Positions 8,492-20,900 of a stretch of DNA of 64,000 nucleotides are shown one piece after another. The position numbers were made by a program, and so were the translations under genes. Source of the stretch: Candidatus Eiseniibacteriota bacterium (GTDB lineage: Bacteria > Eisenbacteria > RBG-16-71-46); NCBI GenBank assembly GCA_038231135.1, contig JBBRLX010000005.1, positions 96,001-160,000 on the forward strand, read 5' to 3'. Under the pieces are notes generated by a model. That model did not search any database and was not told where the DNA came from. It was given only the letters and a program-made list of their open reading frames with translations. The number at the start of each line of letters is the position of its first letter. The first letter of the stretch is position 1.

Positions 8492-11400
8492 ATGATTGCC
8501 CATCCTCCAGCTCTGGCCCGCCTCCGGCGCGGCGACGCGCCGTTCACCCGCAGCCTCACCCGCGTCGCGGCCACGGCGGCGCTTGCGCTCGCATGTGTCG
8601 CAGGCAACGCCGCGGCCACCGGCACATTCTACGTCGACAACGCAAGCGGATCCTGCTCGGACGCGGGTCCCGGCACGCTCGCGAATCCGTACTGCTCGAT
8701 CGCGGCCGCGATCCTCGCGCACAACGGCCCCGGCACCACGATCCTCGTGCGGCCGGGCGTGTATCCCGAGATGGTGACGATCCCGGCCTCGGGCGCCCCG
8801 GGCAGTCCGTTCGTGATCCAGGCCAACGGCGGCACCGTGGTGATCGAGGGCTCGGACGACTTCGGCAATCCGTCGCTGTGGGCGCCGGTCGCCGGCACCG
8901 AGTACGTGGCGGCCTCGGTGATCTGGACGCCGCTGCAGGTGTTCGCCGACGGCCAGCGGCTCACCGCGTCGACGAACGCGCCGGGCACGCTGCCCGTGGG
9001 CACGTTCAACTACATCGCGGGCTCCGGCCTGCACGTGAACCTCGGCACCAACAGCCCCGGCCTGCACGGCGCGCGCGTCGGCCACCGCCTGCACGGCTTC
9101 ACGATGACGGGCAAGTCGTGGGTCACGATCGACGGCTTCGAGGTGACGCACACCGAGGATCGCGGCATCAACGTGGCCGGCATCACCTCGCCCCAGACGT
9201 TCACGTCGAACATCACGCTCAGCAACAATCGTGTCCTGTACGCCAACGGCTACGGCATCCAGGTGTCGATCGGCTCCAACGACCTCATCGCCGGCAACGT
9301 CGTCGGGTTCAGCGCCGACCACGGCATCTACGTCTCGACCGGCTCCACGGCGTGCACGATCCAGGACAACGAGTCGTTCTCGAATGCGCGCCCCACGATC
9401 CGCGCGGCGAACGGCATTCACCTGAACGCCTCGACCAACAACCTGGTCCAGCGCAACCGGCTGCACGACAACCAGGACACCGGCCTCCAGATGAACAGCG
9501 GCGCGAACAACAACGTGTCGCGCGAGAACCAGTCGTGGAACAACGGCGATCACGGGTTCGACCACCTGAGCTCGACCGGCAACCAGCACATCAACGACGT
9601 GGCGTACGGCAACTACAAGGACGGGTTCTCGATCGAAGGCAACTCGCCCAACACCAGCGTCGTGAACTGCATCGCCACCGACAACGGCCTCACCACGAAC
9701 GAATACGACATCTGGGTCGACCCGAACTCGAGCGTCGGTTTCGTCTCGGACTACAACATCTTCTGGAACTCGACGGCGCAGAACCCGTTCAAGTACATCG
9801 CCACGCCGTATGCCACGCTGTCCGCGTATCAGGCGGCGTCCGGCAAGGATTCCAAGACCAAGCAGCAGAATCCGCTGTTCATCTCGCCGGCGAACGGCAA
9901 CTTCCACCTGCTCACCGGCTCACCGGCGGTGGACTGCGCCAACGCCTCGACCCCGAACTGGCTCGCCACGGACGCCGACGGCCGCGCGCGGGTGGACATC
10001 TCGACGGTGTCGAACACCGGTCTCGGCTCGCCGCTGTACTCCGATCGCGGCGCCGACGAGTACTACACCACGCCCGGCAGCGATCATGCGCCGGCCGTCG
10101 CGGGACCCACGACGGCCACGGTCGGCGAGCGCCAGATGCTGGTGGTGAACGTCACCGTGTCGGATGTCGACAACGACCCGATCCACACGCTGACCGCGAA
10201 CCTGGCGGTGCTGCCGTCGCCGAACGACGCGGTGTTCCTCACGAACGCGTCGCACACGGCCGGCACGCTCACCTGGACGCCGACGAACTCCGGCGGCCCC
10301 TACGCCGTGACGTTCACGGCGACGAACGCCAAGAGCGCATCGCGGACCACGTCGGTCACGGTCGTCAATTCGGACCTCGCGCCGGTCGTGAACTCGCCGC
10401 CGTCGGTGACCGCCACCGAGAATTCACCGCTCACCGTGACCGTCACGGCGTCCGACCCTGACAACCAGGCGATCCAGTCGCTGTCCGCGGATCTCGCGGG
10501 CCTGCCGGCGGGCAACAACGCGGTGTTCTCGACGAACGGCTCGAACACCGTGGGCACGCTGACCTGGACGCCGACGTTCTCGGACGCGCCCGGTCCCTAC
10601 ACCGTGACGTTCACCGCTTCGAACGCGCTCACCACGACATCGGTCAGCTCGATCGGCGTGACGAACGTGGACCACCCGCCGGTCGTGGTCGCGCCCGCCA
10701 CCGCGACCGTGGCGGAGAACGGCGCGCTGTCGCTCGACGTGACCGCGTCGGATGCCGATGGCGATGCCATCGACCAGCTGGTCGCGAACGTGGCCGGGCT
10801 GCCCGCGGGCAACAACGCCACGTTCACCGCCAATCCCGGCAACACGTCGGGGACGTTCCACTGGACCCCGACGTTCGACGACGCGCCCGGGCCCTATACC
10901 GTGACGTTCACCGCCGTGAACGCGCTATCGGGATCGGCCCCGACCTCGATCACGGTGACGAACGCCGATCGCCCGCCGACCGTGACGGCGCCGGCGTCGG
11001 TCACGGCCCTGGAGGGCGTCTCCGACACCATCCAGGTCACCGCCGTCGATCTCGACGGCCAGCCGGTCACGTCGTTCACGGCGAACCTCGCAGGCCTGCC
11101 CGCCGGGAACACCGCGGTGTTCACGACGAATCCCGCGAAGAGCCTGGGGCTGCTCGTGTGGACCCCGTCGTTCTCGGACGCGCCCGGCCCCTACGCGGTG
11201 TCGTTCACGGCCGCGAACGCGCTGTCGGGCTCGGCGTCCACGTCGATCGCGGTCACGAACGTCGACCGCGCGCCCGTGATCACGGCGCCCGCCACCGCGA
11301 CCGCGCCCGAGAACGGCGTGTTCTCGCTCGACATCACGGCGGTCGATCCCGACGGACAGCCGGTGACGATCCTGACCGCGAACCTGTCGGGGCTGCCGGC

Positions 11401-14400
11401 CGGCAACAACGCGACGTTCACGCCAAACCCGTCGAAGAGCGCCGGCACGTTCACCTGGACGCCGACGTTCGCCGATGCCCCCGGTCCGTATGCGGTGTCG
11501 TTCACGGCGTCGAACGCGCTCACCGGCACCGCGACCACCTCGATCTCCGTGTCGCATTCCGATCGTGCACCGGTGGTGTCGGCGCCGGGCACCGTGACCG
11601 GCGCCGAGAACGGCGCGATCACCGTGTCGGTCACCGCGTCCGACCCCGACAATCAGTCGATCACGTCGCTGACCGCGAACCTGTCGGGGCTGCCGGCCGG
11701 GAACTCCGCGGTGTTCACGTCCAATCCCGCGCATACCGCGGGCACGCTCACCTGGACGCCCACGTTCGCCGACGGCCGCGTGCCGCCCTACACCGTGTCG
11801 TTCACGGCCACGAACACGCTGAGCGGCAGCGCGACCACGGCGATCACGGTCGCGAACGTCGATCGCGCGCCGGCCATCACGGTGCCGGCGGCCGTGGCCG
11901 GCAGCGAAGGCGTTGCGCTCTCGATCCCCGTCACCGTGGCGGATCCGGACGGGCAGGCGGTCAGCTCCTTGACCGCCGACCTCAGCGGCCTGCCGTTCGG
12001 CAGCAACGCCGCGTTCACCCAGAACCCCAGCCACACGTCGGGCACGCTGACGTGGACACCGACGTTCAACGACGGCCGTCCGGCGTCCTACGGCGTCTCG
12101 TTCACCGCCTCGAACGCGCTCACGGGCAGCGCGTCGACCGCGATCACGATCGCGAACGTGGACCGTGCGCCGGTGGTGACCGCGCCGTCCGTCGTGACGC
12201 GTCCCGAGCACCAGCAGATCGTGCTCCAGGTGACCGCGGCCGATCCCGACGGCCAGCCGATTGGCGCCCTGACCGCCGATCTGTCGAGCCTGCCGCCGGG
12301 CAACGACGCGACGTTCACGTCGAGCGCCGACCACACCACCGGCACGTTCTCGTGGCGTCCCGATTTCGCCAGCGCGGCCAGCTACCCGGTCGTGTTTCTT
12401 GCCTCGAACGCGATCACCGGATCCGCGACGACGACGTTCACGATCCAGAACGCCGATCGCGCACCCGTGGTCGCGGCGCCCGCGTTCGTGAGCGCGAGCG
12501 AGAACGGTCTCGTCACCGTGACCGTGACCGCGTCGGACCCCGATGGCGATTCGATCACGAGCCTGACCGCGAATCTCGCGAACCTGGCGCCCGGCAACGA
12601 TGCCGTGTTCACGAGCAACGCCGCACACACCGGCGGGACGCTGACGTGGACGCCGAACTTCGACGACGGCCGTCCGGCGACGTACGACCTGGTGTTCATC
12701 GCGGCGAACGCGCTGTCGGGTTCGAAGGTCACCGCGATCCAGGTGCAGAACGTCGACCGCCCGCCGGTGGTGACCGTGCCGTCGGTCGTCCACGTCGTGG
12801 AGTCGAACATTATGGTGATGCACATCACCGCGAGCGATCCCGATGGCGATCCGATCGCGGCGCTCACCGCGAACCTCGCCGGATTGCCGCCCGGGAACAA
12901 CGCGACGTTCCAGCAGGGCGACCTGTCGTTCGCGCCGGCGCGCGCGGGCAACGCCGCGCACACCGGGGTCGCAAATTCCGGGACGCCCGTGGTGCAGGCG
13001 GGGTCCAACGCCGGGGCGCCCGGCGGACATCCGGGCCGCAGGGCGGAGACCGGCGACGGCACGCCAGGGCAGGACTTAGGCGGCGGCCAGGGCGCCAGCT
13101 CCGTGACGTACACCCTGATCTGGACGCCGGGATTCGCGGACGCGCCCGGCCCGTATCCGGTGTCGTTCACCGCGTCGAATGCGCTCACCGGCTTCGCCAC
13201 GAGTTCGATCGACGTCGCGAACGACGACCGCCCGCCGGTCGTCACCGCGCCCGCGACGGCGACGGCGGCCGAAGGCGCGACGGTCACCGTCGATGTGACC
13301 GCCGCGGATCCCGACAGCGAGGCGCTCGGCGCGCTCACTGCCGATCTGTCGGGGCTGCCGCCCGGCAACAACGCGGTGTTCACGCCGGCCGCCGACCAGT
13401 TGTCGGGCACGCTGACCTGGACTCCGTCATTCGCGGACGCGCCCGGCCCCTACAAGATCACGTTCATCGGCTCGAACGCGCTGTCGGGTTCCGCGACCAC
13501 CAGCATTGCGGTCGCGAACGTCGACCGTGCGCCGGTCGTGACCGCGCCGGCGTCGGTGACGGCGCCCGAAGCGCAGGTGGTGACCGTGACCGTCACGGTG
13601 GCGGACCCCGATCAGGACGCGATCGCGTCGCTCACCGCCGATCTGTCGTCGCTGCCCCCGGGCAACGACGCGGTGTTCACGCCGGCGGCCGACCGGCTGT
13701 CGGGCACGCTGACCTGGACCCCGGCGTTCGCGGACGCCCCGGGCCCCTACAAGATCACGTTCATCGGTTCGAACGCGCTGGCGGGTTCGGCGTCCACGAG
13801 TCTCACGGTTGCGAACGTCGATCGCGCTCCGGTCGTGACCGCGCCGGCGTCGGCGGCTGCAACCGAAGGGCAGCTGGTGACGGTGACCGTGACCGCCGCG
13901 GATCCCGACCACGACGCGATCACGTCGCTCACCGCGGACCTGTCGGCGCTGCCCGCGGGTAACGACGCGGTGTTCACGCCGGCCGCCGACAACCTGTCGG
14001 GAACGCTCACGTGGACCCCGGGCTTCGACGCGGCGCCCGGGCCGTATTCGGTGATGTTCACCGCGACGAACGCGGCGAGCGGCTCGGCCACGTCGGGCAT
14101 CGCGGTCGCGAACGTCGACCGCGCGCCGATCGTCACGGCTCCGGCGCTCGTGACCGGCGCCGAGATCTCGCTGATCACGATCGCCGTCGCGGCCTCGGAC
14201 CCCGACGGTGATCCGATCGATTCGCTCACCGCGAACCTGTCGGCGCTGCCGGCCCTCAACGACGCCGTGTTCCTCGTCGCCCCCGATCACAAGTCGGCGC
14301 TGTTCACGTGGACCCCGCTGCCGGGAGACTCCACGAACGGGCCGTATGCGGTGTCCTTCACCGCGTGGAACGCGCTGTCGCGCGTCGCCGGCACCGCGAT

Positions 14401-14752
14401 CACCGTGACGAGCCTCCTCGAGCGGCCGGGGGTGGCGAAGCCGCTGGGCGACCGCCTGGCGGACGCCGTGCTGCCCCGGGCCGTTCCGCTCGTGCTCGCA
14501 GTGCAGCCGACGCCAAACCCGATGCACGGCGCGGGGGCGCTCCAGTTGTCGCTGCCGGCCGCCGGCCCCGTGCGGCTCGAGGTGTTCGACGTCACCGGCC
14601 GGCGGGCGGCGATGCTGCTCGACTCGCCGCGCGTCGAGGCCGGCGTCCATCAGGTGCCGCTGGCCCCGCGGCGGCTCGGACCGGGGGCGTATTACTATCG
14701 GCTGCAGGCGGTTTCGGGAGTTCGCACCGGCCGGTTCGTCATTATCGACTAA
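8492..14752 (+). CDS. Giant secreted protein 1: signal peptide, right-handed beta-helix, 14 Ig-like repeats, FlgD/T9SS-like C-terminal domain
   Basis: Signal peptide ending NAAA, FYVDN...NPYCSI helix cap, Asn-ladder repeats, about 100-aa DRAPVVTAP...DPDG...LTWTP repeats, and a PNP...EVFDVTGRR...GAYYYRL...GRFVIID end. Alternative start GTG 8450. Confidence 0.88.
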   Translation: MIAHPPALARLRRGDAPFTRSLTRVAATAALALACVAGNAAATGTFYVDNASGSCSDAGPGTLANPYCSIAAAILAHNGPGTTILVRPGVYPEMVTIPASGAPGSPFVIQANGGTVVIEGSDDFGNPSLWAPVAGTEYVAASVIWTPLQVFADGQRLTASTNAPGTLPVGTFNYIAGSGLHVNLGTNSPGLHGARVGHRLHGFTMTGKSWVTIDGFEVTHTEDRGINVAGITSPQTFTSNITLSNNRVLYANGYGIQVSIGSNDLIAGNVVGFSADHGIYVSTGSTACTIQDNESFSNARPTIRAANGIHLNASTNNLVQRNRLHDNQDTGLQMNSGANNNVSRENQSWNNGDHGFDHLSSTGNQHINDVAYGNYKDGFSIEGNSPNTSVVNCIATDNGLTTNEYDIWVDPNSSVGFVSDYNIFWNSTAQNPFKYIATPYATLSAYQAASGKDSKTKQQNPLFISPANGNFHLLTGSPAVDCANASTPNWLATDADGRARVDISTVSNTGLGSPLYSDRGADEYYTTPGSDHAPAVAGPTTATVGERQMLVVNVTVSDVDNDPIHTLTANLAVLPSPNDAVFLTNASHTAGTLTWTPTNSGGPYAVTFTATNAKSASRTTSVTVVNSDLAPVVNSPPSVTATENSPLTVTVTASDPDNQAIQSLSADLAGLPAGNNAVFSTNGSNTVGTLTWTPTFSDAPGPYTVTFTASNALTTTSVSSIGVTNVDHPPVVVAPATATVAENGALSLDVTASDADGDAIDQLVANVAGLPAGNNATFTANPGNTSGTFHWTPTFDDAPGPYTVTFTAVNALSGSAPTSITVTNADRPPTVTAPASVTALEGVSDTIQVTAVDLDGQPVTSFTANLAGLPAGNTAVFTTNPAKSLGLLVWTPSFSDAPGPYAVSFTAANALSGSASTSIAVTNVDRAPVITAPATATAPENGVFSLDITAVDPDGQPVTILTANLSGLPAGNNATFTPNPSKSAGTFTWTPTFADAPGPYAVSFTASNALTGTATTSISVSHSDRAPVVSAPGTVTGAENGAITVSVTASDPDNQSITSLTANLSGLPAGNSAVFTSNPAHTAGTLTWTPTFADGRVPPYTVSFTATNTLSGSATTAITVANVDRAPAITVPAAVAGSEGVALSIPVTVADPDGQAVSSLTADLSGLPFGSNAAFTQNPSHTSGTLTWTPTFNDGRPASYGVSFTASNALTGSASTAITIANVDRAPVVTAPSVVTRPEHQQIVLQVTAADPDGQPIGALTADLSSLPPGNDATFTSSADHTTGTFSWRPDFASAASYPVVFLASNAITGSATTTFTIQNADRAPVVAAPAFVSASENGLVTVTVTASDPDGDSITSLTANLANLAPGNDAVFTSNAAHTGGTLTWTPNFDDGRPATYDLVFIAANALSGSKVTAIQVQNVDRPPVVTVPSVVHVVESNIMVMHITASDPDGDPIAALTANLAGLPPGNNATFQQGDLSFAPARAGNAAHTGVANSGTPVVQAGSNAGAPGGHPGRRAETGDGTPGQDLGGGQGASSVTYTLIWTPGFADAPGPYPVSFTASNALTGFATSSIDVANDDRPPVVTAPATATAAEGATVTVDVTAADPDSEALGALTADLSGLPPGNNAVFTPAADQLSGTLTWTPSFADAPGPYKITFIGSNALSGSATTSIAVANVDRAPVVTAPASVTAPEAQVVTVTVTVADPDQDAIASLTADLSSLPPGNDAVFTPAADRLSGTLTWTPAFADAPGPYKITFIGSNALAGSASTSLTVANVDRAPVVTAPASAAATEGQLVTVTVTAADPDHDAITSLTADLSALPAGNDAVFTPAADNLSGTLTWTPGFDAAPGPYSVMFTATNAASGSATSGIAVANVDRAPIVTAPALVTGAEISLITIAVAASDPDGDPIDSLTANLSALPALNDAVFLVAPDHKSALFTWTPLPGDSTNGPYAVSFTAWNALSRVAGTAITVTSLLERPGVAKPLGDRLADAVLPRAVPLVLAVQPTPNPMHGAGALQLSLPAAGPVRLEVFDVTGRRAAMLLDSPRVEAGVHQVPLAPRRLGPGAYYYRLQAVSGVRTGRFVIID
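10078..14410 (+). repeat. Tandem array of 14 coding Ig-like repeats of about 300 bp
   Basis: Recurring gaccgcgcgccggtcgtg / gatcccgacgg / acctggacgccg words with a period near 300 nt. Confidence 0.85.
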
Positions 14753-14769
14753 CCGTCCAGCAGCTCGTG

Positions 14770-14789
14770 GCTCCCGTCGCGACGGGAGC
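14770..14789. terminator. Perfect 20-bp palindrome downstream of giant gene 1 (hairpin, terminator-like)
   Basis: GCTCCCGTCGCGACGGGAGC followed by GTTT. The U-tract is weak. Confidence 0.4.
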
Positions 14790-14972
14790 GTTTGGACCCG
14801 GACCACGTCCGAACGCTCTCGCCGTCGCCGTTTCCGGCGGTTCTCCTGTCCGCACCGCCGTGCTAGGATCCCATCCGCCCGCCGGCTTGTCCGAGGGCGG
14901 CTCGCCCCAGCCGATCCCGGCGCGAGCTCCCCGACTGCAACGGATCCAGGAGGATCCGAGAGGACGACACCA

Positions 14973-17900
14973 TTGCGCAGGGATTTTGACCATGCCCATC
15001 CCCGGGGCACGACACCCGATGACCCATTGAAAACCGCACGCCGCTCGCGGGCGCGCAGGCACGTTCCCGGCGCCATCGCGCTGCTGGCCCTGGGTCTGTG
15101 CCTGCCGGCCGTGGGGCTCGCCGATACCTTCTACGTCGATGGCGCGAATCCGGGCGCTTCGGATGCAAATCCCGGCACCGAGGCGCAGCCGTTCCGCACC
15201 ATCCAGGCCGCGCTCGATCTCCAGGCGCTGCCGGGCAACACGATCTACGTGAAGCCCGCGATCTATCGCGAGCTGGTCAACCTGCCGCGCTCGGGTGCTA
15301 CCAACAACCCCATCATCATCGAAGGCCTCGGCACCGGCGTGATCGTCGACGGCTCCGACAATTTCGGCACTGCCGCCCAGTGGACGCCGGTGTCGGGCGA
15401 CGTGTACCTCGCGGCCTCGGTGACGTGGAGCCCGCTGCAGGTGTTCGTCAACGGGCAGCGGCTCACGCCGTCCGTCGATGCGCCGGCGTTCATGGCGGCG
15501 AACACGTTCCGCTGGATCAGCGGCGCGGGGCTCTACGTGAACGCCGGCGGCGGCAATCCGGGCCTGCAGCAGACGCTCGTCGGGCGCCGCGCCAACGGGT
15601 TCCGGCTGTCGACCAAGGTCTGGGTCGTGATCCGCAACTTCACCGTCACGCGGTTCGAGGATCGCGGCATCTATCTGTCCAGCGGATCGGATTCCTCCAC
15701 CGTCTACGGCAACACGGTCACGTTCGGCGCGAAGTACGGCATCGCGGTCACGAACTCGGATGGCGTGACCGTCGACGGCAACGTGGTGGGCGATCACCTC
15801 GATCACGGCATCTATCTCGGCAGCGCGACCCATTGCCTGGTGCGGCGCAACGAGTCCTACCGGAACGCGCGGCCCAACCAGCGCGCCGCGAACGGCATCT
15901 ACCTGACGACCTCCACGAACAACCGCATGGAGGGCAACCGGTTGCACGACAATCAGGACACCGGACTCCACTTCCAGGACTCGAGCAACAACCTGTCGAT
16001 CCAGAACCGCTCCTACAACAACGGCGACCACGGGTACGACCACCTCGGGACTTCGGGCGTCGTGCACATCAACGACACGGCTTACGGCAATTTCAAGGAC
16101 GGGTTCTCGATCGAAGGGAATTCACCCGGCAACACGATCTACAACTGCATCGCGATCAACAACGGCCTCACCACCAACGAATTCGACCTGTGGGTGGACC
16201 CGGCCTCGAGCGTGAACTTCACCGGCGACTACAACGTGTTCTGGAACTCCACGAGCCAGGTGCCCGTGAAGTACGTGGCCACCCAGTATTCGACGGTCGC
16301 CGCGTATTCGTCCGTGTCGGGGCAGGACGTGCACTCGCTGCAGGTGAACCCGATGTTCGCCGACCCCGCAAATGGCGATTACCACCTGCTCGGCGGCTCG
16401 CCCGCGATCGACTGCGCGAACTCGTCGGTGCCGAACTGGCCCGTGACCGACGCCGAGGGCACCACCCGCCGCGACGACCCGTCGACGACGAACACCGGTG
16501 TCGGGCCGGTCACCTATGGCGACCGGGGCGCCCTCGAGTTCATCCCTCCGGGCGGCTCGGGCGATCAGGCGCCCGTGATCCTGGCGCCGGTCACCGCGAA
16601 CGGCGCGGAGAGCGGCATCGTCACCGTGAACGTCACCGCGAGCGATCCGGACGGCCAGCTGATCAACAGCCTGACCGCGAGCCTGACCGGCCTGCCCGCG
16701 GGGAGCAACGCCGTGTTCACCACGAATGCCACTCAGACCGCGGGCACGCTGACCTGGACGCCCACGTTCGCCGACGGCCGCGCCGCGCCGTACGTGGTGT
16801 CGTTCACGGCCTCGAACGCGCTGTCCGCAACGGCCTCGACCTCGATCACGGTCGCCAACGTGGACCGCCCGCCCGTGGTCACGACCCAGCACCAGAAGGC
16901 GGGCAGCGAGAACAGTCCAATCACGATCAACGTGACCGCGGTCGATCCCGACCTCGACGCGATCACGTCGCTGACCGCCGACGTGTCGGCGTTGCCGGCG
17001 GGGAACAACGCGGTGTTCACACCCAACGCCAACAAGAACGCGGGCACGTTCATCTGGACTCCGACGTTCGCGGATTCGGGCGGGCCCTGGCGCGTCGTGT
17101 TCGTGGGCTCGAACGCGCTGACCGGACGCGACACGTCGCTGATCACCGTGGCGAACGTCGATCGCGCGCCGGTGGTAACCGCGCCCGCGACGCAGACCAC
17201 GGCTGAGAACTCCACGCTCACATTCAGCATCACCGCGGTCGATCCCGACGGTGATCCGATCTCGAGCCTGACCGCGTCCGGGCTGCCGGCCGGCGCCACG
17301 TTCACGGCGGACCCGGGCAAGGCCAGCGGCACGTTCGCGTGGACGCCGACGTTCAACGACGGCGGCGGTCCCTACAACGTGTCGTTCAGCGCCACGAACG
17401 TGCTCGTGGGCACCAGCGTGACTGCGGTCACCGTCACGAACGTCGATCGCCCGCCGGTCGTCACGGCGCCGGCGCAGGCGGCCGCGACCGAAGGCCAGCC
17501 GCTGTCGGTGGCCGTCACGGCCACCGATCCCGACGGGCAGACGATCCTGTCGCTGACCGCGACCGGCCTGCCGCCCGGCGCGACGTTCACGCCGAACGGT
17601 TCGCGCACCGCGGGCGTGCTCGACTGGACGCCGGGATTCGACGCCGCTCCCGGTCCCGACACCGTGCGGTTCGTGGCGACGAATTCGCTGAGCGGCTCGG
17701 CCGCCACCGCGATCGTGATCGCGAACGTCGACCGTGCGCCGGTGGTCACGGCCGCGACCTCCGTCATGGCGTCGGTGGGGCAGCAGCTCGTGCTGACGAT
17801 CTCGGCCGCGGATCCCGACGGCGAGGCGATCGCCTCGCTCACCGCGAACCTGGCGTCGCTGCCCGCCGGCGACGCCAGCTTCACCCCGAATCCGTCCAAC

Positions 17901-20900
17901 ACCGGGGGCACGCTGCGCTGGACGCCGCAGGCGGCCGACGCGGCGGGCGGCCCGTATTCGGTGACGTTCACAGCGCAGAACGCGCGCACGGGCACGGCCT
18001 CGACCACGATCGCCGTGGACCGCCCGCCGGTCGTAATCGCCCCCGCCACCGCGAACGCCACCGAGAATGCCCTGCTGACGTTCACGGTGACCGCCAGCGA
18101 TCCCGACGGCCAGCCGATCACGGCGCTCACGGCGTCCGGCCTGCCGGCCGGCGCGACATTCGTGCCTGATGGCACCAACACTTCGGGCACGTTCATGTGG
18201 ACGCCGCCGTTCAGCGCGGCCCCCGGGCCCTACGCGATCACGTTCACCGCCCAGAATGGGGTGCCGGGATCGGCGACCACGTCGGTGTCGGTGGCGAACG
18301 TGGACCGGGCGCCGGTCGTGACCGCGCCGGCGACCGCGCAAATCTCCGACGGCAGTCTCGTTACTGTGGCCGTTACGGCGGCGGATCCGGATGGCGACGT
18401 GATCACGGCGCTGACCGCTGACGTGTCGGCGATCCCAGGCGGCAACAAGCCCACGTTCGTCCCCAACGGCACGAACACCGCGGGCATGCTCACCTGGACG
18501 CCGCAGGCGGGCCAGTCGGCGGCCGGCCCGTACACGATCACGTTCACGGCGCAGAATGCGCTCGGCGGGACCGCCACCACGCAGCTCACCGGCGATCGCT
18601 CGCCGATCGTGACGGCGCCCGCGAGCCAGCCCGCCACCGAGAACACGCCGGTCACGTTCACGGTGACGGTCGTGGATCCCGACGGCCAGGCGATCAAGTC
18701 GCTCGCCGCCACCGGGCTGCCCGCCGGCGCGACGTTCACGCCCGACGGCACGAACACCAGCGGCACGTTCGCGTGGACGCCCGGTTTCACCGCGGCGCCG
18801 GGGCCCTACCTGGTGACGTTCACCGCCTCGAACACGCGCTCGGGGTCGGCGACCACGTCGATCCCGGTGACGAACGTGGATCGCGCGCCGGTGGTGGTGG
18901 CGCCCGCCTCGCGGACGTTCGCGGTGGGGGCGCCGTCCAGCTTCACGGTCATGGCCGCGGATTCCGACGGCGACGCGATCGCGTCGCTGACCGCGTCCGG
19001 CCTGCCGCCGGGCGCCACGTTCACCGCGCCCGGTGCGCACACCACCGGCACGTTCACGTGGACGCCCGCGCTCGCCGACGCGCCGGGTCCCTACACGATC
19101 ACGTTCACCGCCGCGAACGCCGCGAGCGGCAGCGCGAGTACCACCGTGACCGTCGACCGGCCGCCGGTGGTGACGGCCCCCCCGACCCAATCGGTGAACG
19201 AGAACGCCCCATTGAGCTTCGGTGTCACCGCGGCCGATCCCGACGGGCAGCCGATCGGCTCGCTCGTGGCGACCGGGCTGCCGCCGGGCGCCACGTTCAC
19301 GCCCAACGGAGCCAACACCGCGGGCACGTTCCAGTGGACGCCGGGGTTCGATGCGGCGCCCGGGCCCTATGTCGTGACGTTCACCGCCGCGAACGGCACG
19401 AGCGGCTCCGCCGGCACCAGCATCGCGGTGCACAACGTGGACCGCGCGCCGCAGCTATTGGTCGCGGGCGCCGTGTCGATCAACGAGTCGCAGCCGCTCT
19501 CGCTGGTCGTGAACGTCGCGGACCCCGACGGCGACGCCGTGAACTCGCTGACCGCGGACCTGTCCGCGCTGCCGGTCGGGAACAACGCACAGTTCACCGT
19601 GAACGCGTCGCGCACGCAGGGAACGCTGACGTGGACGCCGACACCCAACGACGGTCGGGCGGCGCCCTACGTCGTGAGCTTCACCGCGTCGAACGCGCTG
19701 CCCGCCACCTCGTCCACGTCGATCACGGTCGTGGACCAGATCAGCAACCTGTGTCCGAACCCGTCGTTCGAGTCCGGCACCACGAACTGGAACGCCTACG
19801 GCGGCGGCACGTTCACGCGCGTCGCGGGCGGGCAGGAGGGGGCGTTCGCGCTGCAGGTGAAGGGGCCGGCGGGGACCGCGACGTTCGGAGCGAACGATTC
19901 GCCGAACTTCATCTCGAACGCCACCGGCGGCACGCGCTATCGCTACACCGCGTGGGTGCGATCGGTGTCGAACACCGGCCAGGCCCGGCTGCGCATCCGT
20001 GAATACACGCCAACGGGAGTCCAGGCCGGCACCGCGATGTCGGCGCCGCTCACCCTGTCGCCGGCGTGGGACGTGCTCACGCTCGACTACGTGGCCGCCG
20101 GCAGCGGCAACACGCTGGACTTCCAGGTGCTCGACAACATCCCGGTCGCGAGCGCCGAGACCTTCCTGCTCGACAACGTGACGGTGTTCGTCGCGACCAG
20201 TTCGAGCCCGCCCGTCGTCACGGCGCCGGCGACGGTGACCGCGAGCGAGAACGCGCCGCTCACCGTCACCGTCACGGCCGCGGACCCCGACGGCGAGCCC
20301 ATCAACACGCTCACCGCCAATCTCTCCAGCCTCCCCGCCGGCAACAACGCGGTGTTCACGACGAACGGTTCCCACACGGTGGGCACGCTCACCTGGACGC
20401 CCACGTTCTCGGATGCGCCGGGCTCCTACGCGGTCATGTTCACGGCCGCGAACACCCAGTCGTCGAGCACCGGAACGACGATCACCGTTCAGAACGTCGA
20501 TCGGGCGCCGGTCGTGACGGCGCCGGGCGCCCGTGCGGGCGTCGTGGGGCAGCCGATCAGCATAGCGGTGACGGCGGCGGATCCCGACGGCGACGCGATC
20601 GGGACGTTCACGGCCTCGGGCTTGCCGGCGACGGCCACGTTCACTCCGGGTGGCGGCAACACCTCGGGCACGTTCCAGTGGACGCCCGCGGCTGCGGACA
20701 CCGGGACCCGCACGGTCACGTTCACGGCGCAGAACGCGCTGCCGGGCAGCGCGTCCACGGTGATCACTATCGGGACCAGCGATCACCCGCCGGTCGTCGT
20801 GGCGCCGGCATCGAAGACCGTGGCCGAGAACGCGCCGCTGAGCTTCAGCGTGACCGCCTCCGATCCCGACGGGCAGCCGATTGCGTCGCTGACCGCGACC

